NCBI GenBank assembly: GCA_041697335.1
Contig: JBGUGD010000030.1
Coordinates: 176,291 to 240,290 of the forward strand
Length of the DNA: 64,000 nt
Direction of reading: 5' to 3'
From: Vampirovibrionaceae bacterium NZW_1234
Lineage (GTDB): Bacteria; Cyanobacteriota; Vampirovibrionia; Vampirovibrionales; JAGQHJ01
The position numbers and the translations under genes are program-made. Positions 1 through 10,918 of the stretch are shown here, piece by piece (position 1 is the first letter of the stretch; every line of letters begins with the position of its first letter). Under the pieces are notes generated by a model, which saw only the letters and a list, made by a program, of their open reading frames with translations, had not been told where the DNA came from and did no database searches.

Positions 1-13
1 ATGGTATAAGGCC

Positions 14-1417
14 ATGATGTACGGGGCGCCGGTTCACTATGGCTATCCTACCTATGGCGTGGCCTATTCCCCTCGGTTTCGGCCTTCTGGACCTCTGAGT
101 CCACCACCGGATGTTACCCGGCTGGCGAGCCTGGAAAAATCCTCGTTGGCATTGAAAGATGAGGCTTTGCCTCATGCGGCTCTGGATGTTCATTGGGATA
201 CGACACAACGGCCCTATCGCTATCTTGGGCCTGCTCAGGTTGCGGCTCTCTTTTTGGGCGGTGTGGCTACAGCGTTTGGGCTAAACTGGTTTATCCGCGG
301 GGCCCGTCTTCCTTCGTTCAGTAAGCTTTTTAATCAGTACCAGGATACAATGTCAAGCCCAATGCGAAAACTGGCCAAACGTGCCAAGTGGCCCAAAGGC
401 GCAACCAAGCGTGGGCAGTCCATTGGCATCTATTTTCTCGAGGGCTTAGGTTCTGTCCTGCAGTTTGCCATGAAAAATCCCGAGGTTCGTGGGCGCCTGA
501 TGGCGTATCTGGGGGCAACCAGCCTTGGGTATCTGGGCGGCAGTGTGTTGGGTGGTGCCCAAGAGGTGTGGGTGCGACAGGAAGAGACATTGATTCGAGC
601 GAACTTGATTCGACAACTGAGCAGTAACTTTCGTAAGAGCATTCAGTACAAAGGCCAACTGGATGATCATCTTCGGGACAAGGCCAAACGCCGTATTCTA
701 AGTATTTTGAAGCACTATCGGGTTCCCAACCCCGAGGAACTGATGTCCCCGGCTGCGGATGTGCCATTTTCTCGCTACAGTCGCTATCCCTATGAGCCGA
801 CACACTTTTCATTGCCCTATGCCCTTGCCTCTGCATCCCGGTTTCGAGGCCAATCGGGCGATGATGTGCTCCCCGTCGATGTTATTGGGGTCACTCCGGC
901 TCGCTTGAACTGGGTCAAAGGAGGTATTTGGGCGGCTGGGATGGCATGCGGCTTGATGGGGCAAATGGTTGTGTCTATGATGAAGCCGGCACAGCGTTTG
1001 CCGCGTATTAAATCCCTGTCTCGGGTATTTAATGTCCGAGATATTGAGGCCTTATTTTTGACAGGCAGCGGTCGCGGACTCTGGGCAGTGTTGGGCCTGA
1101 CGGCGCTGGCCAAGATTGGGAAAATGATGGTGGATGGGTACCGTGAAATTGAAGTTACTCGTCAGCATGCCAATACAGAGCTACGCTATCAGTCCTATAA
1201 CTGGCTTGCCTTGGATCCGGAATTTCATCGGATCGCTGAAGAGGAAGCGCTGGAAGAAGCATTACAAAAGCTTAAAGAGGCATTACCTCAGGAAAGCTAT
1301 GAACGCTCTGCTCTGGCACAGCGAATTAAGACGATTTTGACCAATGTGGGGCGTAATTCTGCGCCTAAATACTTCCAGATGACGCCTCCCGTTAGTTTGG
1401 TTGCTGCTCGCGGTTAG
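14..1417 (+). CDS. Hypothetical membrane-associated protein with two related halves
   Basis: 467-aa ORF with several Gly/Ala-rich hydrophobic segments; similar motifs GAQEVWVRQEETLIRANL and GYREIEVTRQHANTELRY; no family recognised. Confidence 0.7.
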   Translation: MMYGAPVHYGYPTYGVAYSPRFRPSGPLSPPPDVTRLASLEKSSLALKDEALPHAALDVHWDTTQRPYRYLGPAQVAALFLGGVATAFGLNWFIRGARLPSFSKLFNQYQDTMSSPMRKLAKRAKWPKGATKRGQSIGIYFLEGLGSVLQFAMKNPEVRGRLMAYLGATSLGYLGGSVLGGAQEVWVRQEETLIRANLIRQLSSNFRKSIQYKGQLDDHLRDKAKRRILSILKHYRVPNPEELMSPAADVPFSRYSRYPYEPTHFSLPYALASASRFRGQSGDDVLPVDVIGVTPARLNWVKGGIWAAGMACGLMGQMVVSMMKPAQRLPRIKSLSRVFNVRDIEALFLTGSGRGLWAVLGLTALAKIGKMMVDGYREIEVTRQHANTELRYQSYNWLALDPEFHRIAEEEALEEALQKLKEALPQESYERSALAQRIKTILTNVGRNSAPKYFQMTPPVSLVAARG

Positions 1418-3024
1418 TAGGCCCCCGGCATGACGGGGACCACGGGCATCGGTGTGATGCCAGCCTGAGGGAACATCATCATGTTCAAGGCTTGTCCTGC
1501 CATCTGCTGTAGGGCTTGTTGGCTGGCAGAAGGGATTTGGCCTTGGCGGTATCCGGCCTGCTGCATCAGTCGCTGCATCCGTTGGGCAATAGGGTACTGG
1601 GGGTAGGTGATACCAAACACCTGTTGTTCGAGTTGATTGAGTCGGAATGTCAGGGCCATGCCGTGGTAGGTTTGACCAAAGAATTGTTGCTCCAGCATAC
1701 TCAAGGACGGCCCGTACTGATTGGCCATAGCTGTTACGGCGCTGTTCATGCCAGGGTTGATCGTGTAGGGTGTTCCCAAAGGTGGGGTCTGGATTAAGGG
1801 CGGGATTAACGAATTGGACGGTGTTGGGTTTGGATAAGATTGGGCATGCCAGGGATGTTGCGGGCTCTGAAAAGGATATTGGATGGGATGCCCATAATAG
1901 GGCTGAATAGAAGGTGTATTGGGCATTGCCAGGGAGTTGCCCTGAAACGGTGTCATAACTTGAGTTTGCTGACGGGTGGTCCATGAACTGGGGCCGGAAT
2001 ACACATGGGTTTGGGTTGAGGAACTCATCCCTCCCCCCACCATTGCCGGGCCTTGAAGACTGTTTTCCTGTGTCTGGGCTTGTCCTTGGCCCTGGGTTTC
2101 CAGGCGATGGCGCACATGGGCCGGGAGCATATTCAGCATTTCCGAGCTGAATTGGTAATTGCTGCCGTACATGCTCCCCAAATGGACCTGAGGGCCTGTT
2201 GGGTAGCGTCGAGCAGGTGGTGATGAATAAGGGCTCTGACTGATATCGGATTGCGCCGAAGGTCGCTCCATATAGTGTGACAACAGGCGCTCCAGACGGT
2301 CGTCTATGGCCCCTTGACGGGGGCCGCCAAAGACTTTCTTTTCCAGGCGGGTTAAGCGGTTGACAATCAATTCGCCGCCAAAGGACTTGCCGAACAAATA
2401 TTCTTCCAGGGCCGTTAGTTTGGAATAAATTCCCAGATTGCTACTGGCGAATTCGGTACCTTGGCTTGGTAGTCCACCGGTGGATTTTTCTTCCTGAATA
2501 AGTGGGTTTTCTGGTAAAACTTTCAGCGTCAGTTGATCGACCCGGTCAACCATGGGCAATTCGTTGAAGGTTTGTTGAAAGACCCGTTGCTCCAGACGGT
2601 TCAGGCGAGAGGCGATGTCTTCCTGTGAAAAGGTTCGCTCAAAGAGGTTTTTTTCCATCTGGCTCACGGTGGGGTAATCGGTTCCATCCTGGGCACGCTT
2701 GAAGCCGGACTCAGCCTGGGGGACTTTGGCGGTCGAAGGGGGTGTTTGCTGTGATGAGGCTTTTTGGCTTTGAGGAGCCAGGGTGGCAAACGCACTGATC
2801 AATTTTGTCTGGCGCTGTGTTAGGTCTCCCGTGCCAGCTTTTCCATAGAGTATGGATTCCAGTCGAGAAATACGTTCTTCTAAGGGGTCTGGGCCATATT
2901 CTCGTCCCAGCACTTGTTGCTCGAGGAGGGTTAAGGGTTCCGCTTCTGAATCGGCAAAAGCTGTTGGGAGTAATCCCAGAGTCAGCAGGAATGTCAGCAG
3001 AGACCAAGTTACCAAACGGATCAT
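1414..3024 (-). CDS. Secreted protein with repeated 'LE..vFG..y.......RL.RLE..vFG' helical modules
   Basis: Sec-type signal peptide (MIRLVTWSLLTFLLTLGLLPTAFA); four copies of the module; Gln/Pro-rich linker. Confidence 0.8.
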   Translation of the reverse strand: MIRLVTWSLLTFLLTLGLLPTAFADSEAEPLTLLEQQVLGREYGPDPLEERISRLESILYGKAGTGDLTQRQTKLISAFATLAPQSQKASSQQTPPSTAKVPQAESGFKRAQDGTDYPTVSQMEKNLFERTFSQEDIASRLNRLEQRVFQQTFNELPMVDRVDQLTLKVLPENPLIQEEKSTGGLPSQGTEFASSNLGIYSKLTALEEYLFGKSFGGELIVNRLTRLEKKVFGGPRQGAIDDRLERLLSHYMERPSAQSDISQSPYSSPPARRYPTGPQVHLGSMYGSNYQFSSEMLNMLPAHVRHRLETQGQGQAQTQENSLQGPAMVGGGMSSSTQTHVYSGPSSWTTRQQTQVMTPFQGNSLAMPNTPSIQPYYGHPIQYPFQSPQHPWHAQSYPNPTPSNSLIPPLIQTPPLGTPYTINPGMNSAVTAMANQYGPSLSMLEQQFFGQTYHGMALTFRLNQLEQQVFGITYPQYPIAQRMQRLMQQAGYRQGQIPSASQQALQQMAGQALNMMMFPQAGITPMPVVPVMPGAY

Positions 3025-3333
3025 GGGGGTGATTCCTATTCCGGGCCTGGTAGTAGGCGTGTCCCGCTTCGACCCAACGGATTTGAGGACACTAATTCTA
3101 TTGTGACCTAAGTCGAGGCAGCTGTAAATCGTTTGGATAGAGAGTTATTTCGGCTGCTCGACGCATCGTCGACCATTGATCGATACTCTGGATTGGCAAT
3201 CGCATGACAAGGACGCGTCAGCATCTCGGGGGTGACGATTTGGCTAAAGACCTGGTCTAAAAATACGCTTTGGTTTGATGCTTCGAAAAAAAGGAAGAGA
3301 GCGAATGTTGAGGATGTGCTTCACGAGCAGACT

Positions 3334-4755
3334 TTAGTTAAAGTGACGGTTTCCGCTGTAGAGCTTGTTTATGAAGTAGGTACGGTTTTGGGCAATCATA
3401 TTGGCAAAATAGTTGGCCGCGCGAGCTTGGATTTTGCGATCGGGATTCAGTAATCCATTCAACGCACTTTGCGAGACACGCTGTTCCCGGTCGGCATGTT
3501 TTTCCCCAAAGGCATCTCGACGAGACAGTTCATAAGCGGTTTCCTCGGCGGCCAGAGCAATCAGCTGGGGAAGATCATCATGTTGGATTTTATCCATCAC
3601 AATTTGACGGATTTTGGGTCGCGCTTTGAAGAGGTCTTCCACACGTTCACGGAAGTTGCCGAATTGATGCGGGGATTCCTGCACCCGTTTGGTTGCGCCG
3701 GTGATTTTGGTGAAGAACAGAATACCCTTCAAGCGAGTTGAGAGGTTTGCTGACTCCAAATTCTCCAGCGCTTCTCGGGTTTGTTGCAGCACGGGAGGTT
3801 CTTCATCTGGCGCGGGGGCGGGTTGAGAAGGATCCTGCAAGGCCTTTATTTCGGCTAACTCACGTGAGGCGAGAAAAGCGGTTTGCGCAACATCCATGCT
3901 TTGAATGCCAAAGTAGCTGGCATGGCGTCTGAACTCAGCTTCTAATGCCTTAGGTCCTTTAAATATACTGTGGATCTGTGTCACGAAGTGGCGGAATCCT
4001 TTAATCCATTGCCCCGAAAAAGTGGTGCCTTGCTCGGGTGTTTCTTTCGCTGTAACGAGGAGAAATTTGGGATTGTTTTTTCGGGCTTGGGACTTAAAAA
4101 ACTCGGGATACAGCTGGGATAAATCACCGGATTTAACAAAAGCTTTCAGGAAAAATTGTGCGGCATCGGCTTGCTCATCCTTATCTTTGGATACCAGGGC
4201 ATTTAATTTGTCCATTAATAGAGGGTGTTGGAGTTGAAGAGGGCTGGCTTCACCGGCTTTGACTCCCAAGTCTACAAAGTGGAGAAAGTGGCCCACATGT
4301 TTTAAAAACCCTTTAGCTCCTTGCTGTTCATGGCGGGCCATCGGCAAGGTGGGCTCGTTCATCAGGTTGGTTAATGCCGCTTTAAACGGTTCGTTCTCAG
4401 CGGCAATCCGATTCAGTGTTTTGGTATAAAATTCCGGCGATTTGGCTTTTTTCAGGTGGTCCATCATGGTTTTGGCTTGGCTCACACCCTGGGCGATACC
4501 TGAAAATAAGGCCTTGATTAGTTTAAAGGGCAAAGCTATTAGCTCATAAATGGCAGAAAAGAACTGTTGAAGAAGCGATGGGGGATTTTGAGCCTGTGAA
4601 CTCTCAGTAGCGCCCGTCTTGGTGCGACCAGCAAAACGAATTGAATCAGCAGATGCAGCGGATAAGGTCACCTGGTGTCGGTTTGTCTGTTCAGTCAGGG
4701 TTGCACCAAGCATTCGGCTTGCGTAAGAGGGAGCCAGTCGAAGGGAGTCCACCAT
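3334..4755 (-). CDS. Hypothetical helical protein with RF[G/A/S]-type N-terminal leader
   Basis: Start moved to ATG 4755 (AAGGAA RBS upstream); leader ends SIRFAG; three weakly similar helical segments. Confidence 0.75.
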   Translation of the reverse strand: MVDSLRLAPSYASRMLGATLTEQTNRHQVTLSAASADSIRFAGRTKTGATESSQAQNPPSLLQQFFSAIYELIALPFKLIKALFSGIAQGVSQAKTMMDHLKKAKSPEFYTKTLNRIAAENEPFKAALTNLMNEPTLPMARHEQQGAKGFLKHVGHFLHFVDLGVKAGEASPLQLQHPLLMDKLNALVSKDKDEQADAAQFFLKAFVKSGDLSQLYPEFFKSQARKNNPKFLLVTAKETPEQGTTFSGQWIKGFRHFVTQIHSIFKGPKALEAEFRRHASYFGIQSMDVAQTAFLASRELAEIKALQDPSQPAPAPDEEPPVLQQTREALENLESANLSTRLKGILFFTKITGATKRVQESPHQFGNFRERVEDLFKARPKIRQIVMDKIQHDDLPQLIALAAEETAYELSRRDAFGEKHADREQRVSQSALNGLLNPDRKIQARAANYFANMIAQNRTYFINKLYSGNRHFN

Positions 4756-4883
4756 AGCATGTTCCTTGTTTCCTGAGGCGTGTACCGAGTATAACACCGC
4801 TCAAGATAACTTTGTGTCGTGTTTTTCGTGAAGCGTTACAGATTGTTAATCAAGTTCAGGAAAGGGTGGTGGTGCGGCGGTAT

Positions 4884-5906
4884 TTAACGTGATGGAGTAA
4901 CAGGTGTGTTTACCGCTTGAATAGCGGCCTCTAAAATTGGAATCAACTCGGTTTCCACTTGTTCCGGCGGCTTTGTAATCGTACAGCCCGAGGCCATCTT
5001 ATGTCCCCCGCCATTCCAACGTTCTGCAATTTCAGCCACGTTAATGCGGTGATCATCGCTTCGAAGGCTGACTTTGGTCATCCCATCCGGCGTTGCTTTC
5101 AGCAGAGCCGCGACACGAACCGTAGAAATGCGTCGTAAGATATCCACCAAACCTTCAATATGTTCATCGATGGCGCCGGTTTGTGCCAAATCCTCCCGTG
5201 AAATAATGACCCAGCTTAGGCTGTTGTCGGCATTGAATTTGGCTTTCTGTACACAGGTTGCATGGAGCAAGGCCTGGGACTTGGGCATCACATCATAGAT
5301 TTGTTTGAACAACATTTCAGGGTTGGCCCCGGCATCCACCAGATCGGCTGCTAAGCGGAAAATTTTAGATGTGGTGCTGGAATACTTGAACCCGCCTGTA
5401 TCCGTCAACAACGCGACGTACAAGCAAGCCGCCGTTTCGGGTGTCAACGGAATCTGGTTGGGGGTTAGAAGGTCTGCAACCACTTCCCCACTGGCAGCAG
5501 CTTGAGTATCAATGAGGTTAATATGCCCGAAGCGTTTGTTGCTGACATGGTGATCAATATTGATGGCGCATTTGGCACCCATAAAAAAGTGCTGTGAGCT
5601 GCCAAGGCGGTCTGGGGAGCCACAGTCCAGACAAAAAGACAGATCGTATTGTGCTAACAGGTCTGTTGCTGTATCCGGGTCTTTAATCTCGGACACACCG
5701 GGCAGGCCGTGATAGATATCCGGGATTTTGCCTGAAACAGCGGCATCAATAACGGTTAAATGGGGAAACGCATTTTTCAATGCATGCTTTAGACCCAACA
5801 TGGATCCCAAAGTATCACCGTCGGGGCTGACATGGGCGCACAGAAACACAGATTTGGCCTGTAAAATGGCTTCTTTAAATTGGGTAACTTCACTGGGTGT
5901 AATCAT
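4884..5906 (-). CDS. nrnA: DHH family bifunctional oligoribonuclease/PAP phosphatase
   Basis: HVSPDGD, IDHH, TDTGGF and GGGH motifs of DHH/DHHA1 proteins. Confidence 0.92.
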   Translation of the reverse strand: MITPSEVTQFKEAILQAKSVFLCAHVSPDGDTLGSMLGLKHALKNAFPHLTVIDAAVSGKIPDIYHGLPGVSEIKDPDTATDLLAQYDLSFCLDCGSPDRLGSSQHFFMGAKCAINIDHHVSNKRFGHINLIDTQAAASGEVVADLLTPNQIPLTPETAACLYVALLTDTGGFKYSSTTSKIFRLAADLVDAGANPEMLFKQIYDVMPKSQALLHATCVQKAKFNADNSLSWVIISREDLAQTGAIDEHIEGLVDILRRISTVRVAALLKATPDGMTKVSLRSDDHRINVAEIAERWNGGGHKMASGCTITKPPEQVETELIPILEAAIQAVNTPVTPSR

Positions 5907-6019
5907 CGGTCAGGTGGTCTTTACTGTTGGGTGGTTCCATGATGGATTACTGTCATGATAACGATGTCTGACGTAAACTGTTCAAGGGTCACCTATCGTG
6001 AGACAAGGATTATTCTGCC

Positions 6020-6850
6020 ATGAAAGAGCCAGTTGACCAATATGCCCCTAGCGAGCTATCCGGTTTTCGTTCGTTGCTTGGGGTGATTCGAAAATTACGA
6101 GACCCGGATGGAGGCTGTCCATGGGATTTGAAGCAAACCCATCAATCTCTGCGGCCTTATATTTTGGAAGAATCGTATGAATTGGTCGAGGCCATTGATA
6201 GTGGCAATGTGACCCATATTAAAGAAGAACTGGGGGATGTATTACTGCAGGTGGTCTTGCACGCCCAACTGGCGACCGATGCGGGTCAGTTTACAGCGGA
6301 TGAGGTGGCTTCAGCCATTGCCGAAAAACTGGTTCGGCGTCATCCTCACGTGTTTGGTGATGTTTCTGTGGCCAATGCCGAAGAGGTGACCAAAAACTGG
6401 GAAGCCATTAAAGCCCAGGAAAAGGGTGATGTGCCAACGAGCGCCATGGATGATGTCCCTAAGGGTATTCCGGCGTTAAGCCGAGCGCTCAAGGTTTCTA
6501 AAAAAGCGGTTAAACAAGGGTTCGAGTGGCCTGATTTTGACTCTTTATGGGCCTGTGTGATGTCAGAGTTCGATGAGTTTCGTCAGGAGTTGGATCAAGA
6601 TGCACCCTTCGAGCGTTTGGAAGATGAGTTGGGGGATATTCTTTTTGCTACGGTGAACTTGGCCCGATTCAACGGCATTGATCCCGAAGTGGCTTTGACG
6701 AAGGCCACGAATAAATTTATGCGCCGCTATCGAACTATGGAGTCGTTAAGCGATAAACCCTTATCCGAGCAACCCTTCGAGACGCTGGATGCCTTATGGA
6801 ACGAGGCTAAGGTCGTTTGTCGGTCAGAATCTTCCATTTCATCATCCTAG
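6020..6850 (+). CDS. mazG: Nucleoside triphosphate pyrophosphohydrolase MazG
   Basis: GCPWDLKQTH, EESYE, EELGDVLLQVV, RRHPHVFG and second EDELGDILF motif. Confidence 0.95.
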   Translation: MKEPVDQYAPSELSGFRSLLGVIRKLRDPDGGCPWDLKQTHQSLRPYILEESYELVEAIDSGNVTHIKEELGDVLLQVVLHAQLATDAGQFTADEVASAIAEKLVRRHPHVFGDVSVANAEEVTKNWEAIKAQEKGDVPTSAMDDVPKGIPALSRALKVSKKAVKQGFEWPDFDSLWACVMSEFDEFRQELDQDAPFERLEDELGDILFATVNLARFNGIDPEVALTKATNKFMRRYRTMESLSDKPLSEQPFETLDALWNEAKVVCRSESSISSS

Positions 6851-6922
6851 AGCGTTTGCCGATGGCCTTTGAACCCTAATTGGTGGATCTTTGGGTCGCG
6901 CATCGACATGAACCATTGCCCC

Positions 6923-6976
6923 TGTTATAATGCTCGCGTTCTCCGGTTGACACTGATTTCGATGGGTATATAGCAT
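6923..6976 (+). promoter_or_regulatory. Sigma70-type promoter candidates of the leucine-catabolism operon
   Basis: Extended -10 TGTTATAAT at 6923-6931; also TTGACA(6947)-18 nt-TAGCAT(6971). Confidence 0.5.
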
Positions 6977-6990
6977 CGTATGAGGCTCTC

Positions 6991-8601
6991 ATGGACGTAT
7001 TAGCCACGACTATTCAGACTTCTGATCCCGTTTTTCAAGAAAACCAGGCGTTTATGCAAACTCAGGTGGCTGAGTTATCTGCTCGTGTTGCCAAAGCCAA
7101 ACAAGGTGGTGGAGAAGAGGCCATCGCCCGTCATAAAAAGCGGGGCAAGCTTTTGGCAAGAGAACGAATCGATGCGTTGGTGGATCCGAATACCCCCTTT
7201 TTGGAGCTTAGCCCCCTTGCAGCATATGAGATGTACAACAACGATGCTCCTGCTGCGGGCATTGTTACCGGGATTGGGGTTGTCCATGGCCGAGAAGTTC
7301 TCGTTGTTGCCAACGATGCCACCGTGAAGGGCGGCACCTATTATCCAATCACCGTGAAAAAACACCTTCGGGCGCAAGAAATTGCGCAGGAAAACCACCT
7401 GCCCTGTGTGTATCTGGTTGACTCGGGGGGCGCATTTTTGCCCCTGCAAGCCGATGTTTTTCCGGATAAAGAGCACTTTGGTCGCATTTTCTTTAACCAA
7501 GCCCAAATGTCAGCGGCTGGCATTCCGCAAATTGCTGTGGTTCTGGGTTCATGTACTGCGGGCGGGGCTTACGTTCCTGCCATGAGCGATGAGTCGGTGA
7601 TTGTCCGGAATCAAGGAACCATTTTCTTGGGGGGGCCTCCCTTGGTGAAGGCGGCAACCGGAGAAGAGGTTTCGGCTGAAGACTTGGGCGGGGCGGATGT
7701 CCATTGCCGCACGTCTGGCGTAACAGATCACTATGCCCAGAATGATGAAGATGCCCTGGCCATTACACGCAATATCTTGCAAAATCTCAACCCTAAGCCC
7801 AAGCACGTTTTGGATATTCAGCCTCCTCGGGATCCTCTGTATGATCCGAAGGAAATTTACGGCATTATTCAAAAAGATATTCGTAAGCCCTATGATGTTC
7901 GGGAAATTATTGCCCGCATTGTGGATGGCAGTGAGTTTCATGAGTTCAAAGCCCTGTATGGTCAGACTTTGGTCTGTGGTTTTGCCCGCATTTGGGGCTA
8001 CCCTGTGGGCATTCTGGCAAATAATGGGGTATTGTTCTCTGAAAGCGCTTTAAAGGCAGCACACTTTATTGAATTGTGCAGCCAGCGCGGGATTCCGTTG
8101 GTCTTTTTGCAGAATATTACCGGCTTTATGGTGGGGCGTCAGTTTGAGTCCGGTGGGATTGCCAAAGATGGTGCCAAAATGGTTCAGGCTGTCTCTAATG
8201 CGGCTGTGCCGAAGTTTACGGTTATTATTGGCGGTTCTTATGGGGCGGGCAATTATGGGATGTGCGGGCGAGCCTATGGGCCCCGCCAGTTATGGATGTG
8301 GCCGAACGCCAAGATTTCGGTGATGGGGGGCGAACAGGCCGCCAATGTCTTGTTGACGGTAAAAAAGGATCAACGGGTTGCCAAAGGGGAGGCACCCATG
8401 ACACCGGAAGAAGAAGAGGCCTTTAAGCAACCCACACTGGATAAATATGCCCATGAAGGCAGTGCCTATTATAGTACGGCTCGGCTCTGGGATGATGGGG
8501 TGATTGATCCGGTAGATACACGCATGGTTCTGGCATTGGGAATTTCAGCCTCGTTGAATGCCCCGTTCCCGGCGCGTCGCACGGGTGTGTTTCGGATGTA
8601 G
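6991..8601 (+). CDS. liuB: 3-methylcrotonyl-CoA carboxylase beta (carboxyltransferase) subunit
   Basis: [48 protein letters not shown] and C-terminal GVFRM. Confidence 0.93.
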   Translation: MDVLATTIQTSDPVFQENQAFMQTQVAELSARVAKAKQGGGEEAIARHKKRGKLLARERIDALVDPNTPFLELSPLAAYEMYNNDAPAAGIVTGIGVVHGREVLVVANDATVKGGTYYPITVKKHLRAQEIAQENHLPCVYLVDSGGAFLPLQADVFPDKEHFGRIFFNQAQMSAAGIPQIAVVLGSCTAGGAYVPAMSDESVIVRNQGTIFLGGPPLVKAATGEEVSAEDLGGADVHCRTSGVTDHYAQNDEDALAITRNILQNLNPKPKHVLDIQPPRDPLYDPKEIYGIIQKDIRKPYDVREIIARIVDGSEFHEFKALYGQTLVCGFARIWGYPVGILANNGVLFSESALKAAHFIELCSQRGIPLVFLQNITGFMVGRQFESGGIAKDGAKMVQAVSNAAVPKFTVIIGGSYGAGNYGMCGRAYGPRQLWMWPNAKISVMGGEQAANVLLTVKKDQRVAKGEAPMTPEEEEAFKQPTLDKYAHEGSAYYSTARLWDDGVIDPVDTRMVLALGISASLNAPFPARRTGVFRM

Positions 8602-8617
8602 AGAAAGGACAGGGTCT

Positions 8618-9424
8618 ATGTCACAGCTGATTCGAATTGAGGTTACGTATCCGACAGCCAGGGTGATTTTGGCTCGGCCGGAACTTCACAATGCGTTTAA
8701 CGATGCGATGATTTCGGATTTGGATTCGGCATTTCAATGTTTAGGCCAAGATCCTCAGGTACGGGCCATTATTCTGGCTGCTGAAGGCAAGTCATTTTGT
8801 GCCGGGGCTGACTTGAACTGGATGAAGTCGATGTTGGATTACACCTTTGATGAAAATGTGGCCGATGCACATCGCTTGGCGACGATGTTGCGGACCATTG
8901 CCGAGTGTCCCAAGCCTGTTATTGGGAGGATTCATGGGCCTGCCTTTGGCGGGGGCGTCGGGTTGACCAGTGTGTGTGATATGGCGGTTGCCGTTGCTTC
9001 TGCTTCCTTTTGTTTGAGTGAAGTGAAGCTGGGGCTTTTGCCGGCTGTGATATCGCCCTTTGTGTTGGCAAAAATGCCTGTGGCCCAAGCACATCGATAT
9101 TTTCTAACAGCCGAGCGCTTTAGTGCCCAAGAGGCACATCGTATCGGGTTGATTTCGGCCGTGGTGGCTGATGAGGCTGAACTGGACAGCACCATTGATG
9201 GCTGGGTGAAGGCTATCTGTCAGAATGGCCCGGAGGCAGTGGCCTTGTGCAAGACACTCATTCATGAGGTTTCCGAGCGGGACTTGGATGACGCAATTAC
9301 GCTTGCGACTCATCGTATTGCCGATCGGCGGATCAGTGAGGAAGGTCAGGAAGGCATGCGGGCTTTCTTGGAAAAGCGGCCGAGTCGATGGGTGGCTGTG
9401 GAGCCCGGGGCCCATGTTTCGTAA
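8618..9424 (+). CDS. liuC: Methylglutaconyl-CoA hydratase (crotonase family)
   Basis: FCAGADL, AFGGGVGL, LSEVKLGLLPA; ATG 8618 after AAGGA RBS; operon context. Confidence 0.88.
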   Translation: MSQLIRIEVTYPTARVILARPELHNAFNDAMISDLDSAFQCLGQDPQVRAIILAAEGKSFCAGADLNWMKSMLDYTFDENVADAHRLATMLRTIAECPKPVIGRIHGPAFGGGVGLTSVCDMAVAVASASFCLSEVKLGLLPAVISPFVLAKMPVAQAHRYFLTAERFSAQEAHRIGLISAVVADEAELDSTIDGWVKAICQNGPEAVALCKTLIHEVSERDLDDAITLATHRIADRRISEEGQEGMRAFLEKRPSRWVAVEPGAHVS

Positions 9425-10913
9425 GGTTTTAATTGCCAATCGCGGGGAAATTGCCGTTCGCGTCACTCGAACCCTTCAAGAAATGGGGATAGCTGCTGTT
9501 GCTGTTTATTCCGATATGGACGCTGAATCGCCGCATGTGCTTGGGGCGGATGAGGCTTATTCTCTCGGTGGCAATACGCCAGCGGAATCTTATTTGCGTG
9601 TGGATAAACTGATGGCCATTGCCAAATCTGCTGGGGTGGATGCGGTTCATCCAGGCTATGGGTTTTTATCGGAAAATGCGGCCTTTGCAACGGCATGCCA
9701 GGAAAACGGCATTACCTTCATCGGTCCTACTCCAGACGTTATTTCCGCCATGGGCGATAAGATCATTGCCAAAAAGACCATGGAAGAGGCAGGGGTTCCC
9801 GTGGTTCCCGGATGGACAGGCGATGTAAGTCAAATTGAGGAAATTCGTCAGGTTGCCGATGAGATTGGGTATCCTGTTCTGGTGAAAGCGGCTGCCGGCG
9901 GTGGTGGCAAAGGCATGCGTCTGGTTCAAGAGCCTGCCCAGTTGGTGTCTGCTTTGGAAGGGGCGGCTCGGGAGGCGGAAAAAGCCTTTGGAGATGGCCG
10001 GATCTTTTTAGAAAAATACATCACCCGGCCTCGCCACATCGAATTTCAGATCTTCGGTGATACCCATGGCAATGTGGTTCATTTGTTTGAGCGAGAATGC
10101 TCCATTCAGCGTCGTCACCAGAAGATTATCGAAGAATCCCCGGCACCGGGCTTAAGCCCTGAAGTACGTGAGGCCATGGGGAAAGCAGCTGTCGCAGCAG
10201 CCAAGGCGATTGGCTATACCAACGCCGGGACCGTTGAATTTATCGTAGATGATCAGAACCGGTTCTATTTTTTAGAAGTCAACACCCGTCTTCAGGTTGA
10301 GCATCCTATTACGGAGCTTGTGATTCGCCAGGATTTGGTGCGAGCCCAGTTGACGGTGGCGATGGGACATCCGTTGCCCTTTACTCAGAGGGATATTGTT
10401 CAGGATGGGCATGCCATCGAATGTCGCATTTATGCGGAGGATCCGGATAACCAGTTTTTACCCTCCACAGGAACATTGCAGCTGTATCGGGAGCCCCATG
10501 GTCCTGGAATTCGGGTGGATAGCGGTGTTCGCCAAGGCTCTGCCGTCACAATTCATTATGACCCCATGCTTTCTAAGTTGATCGTTTGGGCCAAAGATCG
10601 CACGGCAGCGTTAGCCAAAATGGTTTGGGCCCTAAAGCACTATCCGATTCTGGGGGTGACCACCAATACGGCGTTCTTACGGGACATCTTACTCCATGAG
10701 GCATTTGTGCAAGGTGATATTGATACCCATTTCCTGGAGCGCTATCCCGCAGCTTCCTTACGGCAGCCTGCACAACAACAAGACCTGGCATTGGCCATGG
10801 CGGCTGTGGCTCTAGAGCGTCCCATCGGTATGGGGCAAGCCCTATCGCAGGGTTCGGATAATTTGGCGGTAATCCAGGATCCCTGGGTCACGGCCGGGGC
10901 TTGGCGAGGTTAG
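9414..10913 (+). CDS. liuD: Biotin carboxylase, N-terminal part of MCC alpha subunit
   Basis: MFRKVLIANRGEIA start, HPGYGFLSEN, GGGGKGMR, ERECSIQRRHQK, EVNTRLQVEHP; biotinyl domain absent. Confidence 0.9.
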   Translation: MFRKVLIANRGEIAVRVTRTLQEMGIAAVAVYSDMDAESPHVLGADEAYSLGGNTPAESYLRVDKLMAIAKSAGVDAVHPGYGFLSENAAFATACQENGITFIGPTPDVISAMGDKIIAKKTMEEAGVPVVPGWTGDVSQIEEIRQVADEIGYPVLVKAAAGGGGKGMRLVQEPAQLVSALEGAAREAEKAFGDGRIFLEKYITRPRHIEFQIFGDTHGNVVHLFERECSIQRRHQKIIEESPAPGLSPEVREAMGKAAVAAAKAIGYTNAGTVEFIVDDQNRFYFLEVNTRLQVEHPITELVIRQDLVRAQLTVAMGHPLPFTQRDIVQDGHAIECRIYAEDPDNQFLPSTGTLQLYREPHGPGIRVDSGVRQGSAVTIHYDPMLSKLIVWAKDRTAALAKMVWALKHYPILGVTTNTAFLRDILLHEAFVQGDIDTHFLERYPAASLRQPAQQQDLALAMAAVALERPIGMGQALSQGSDNLAVIQDPWVTAGAWRG

Positions 10914-10918
10914 GGAAG

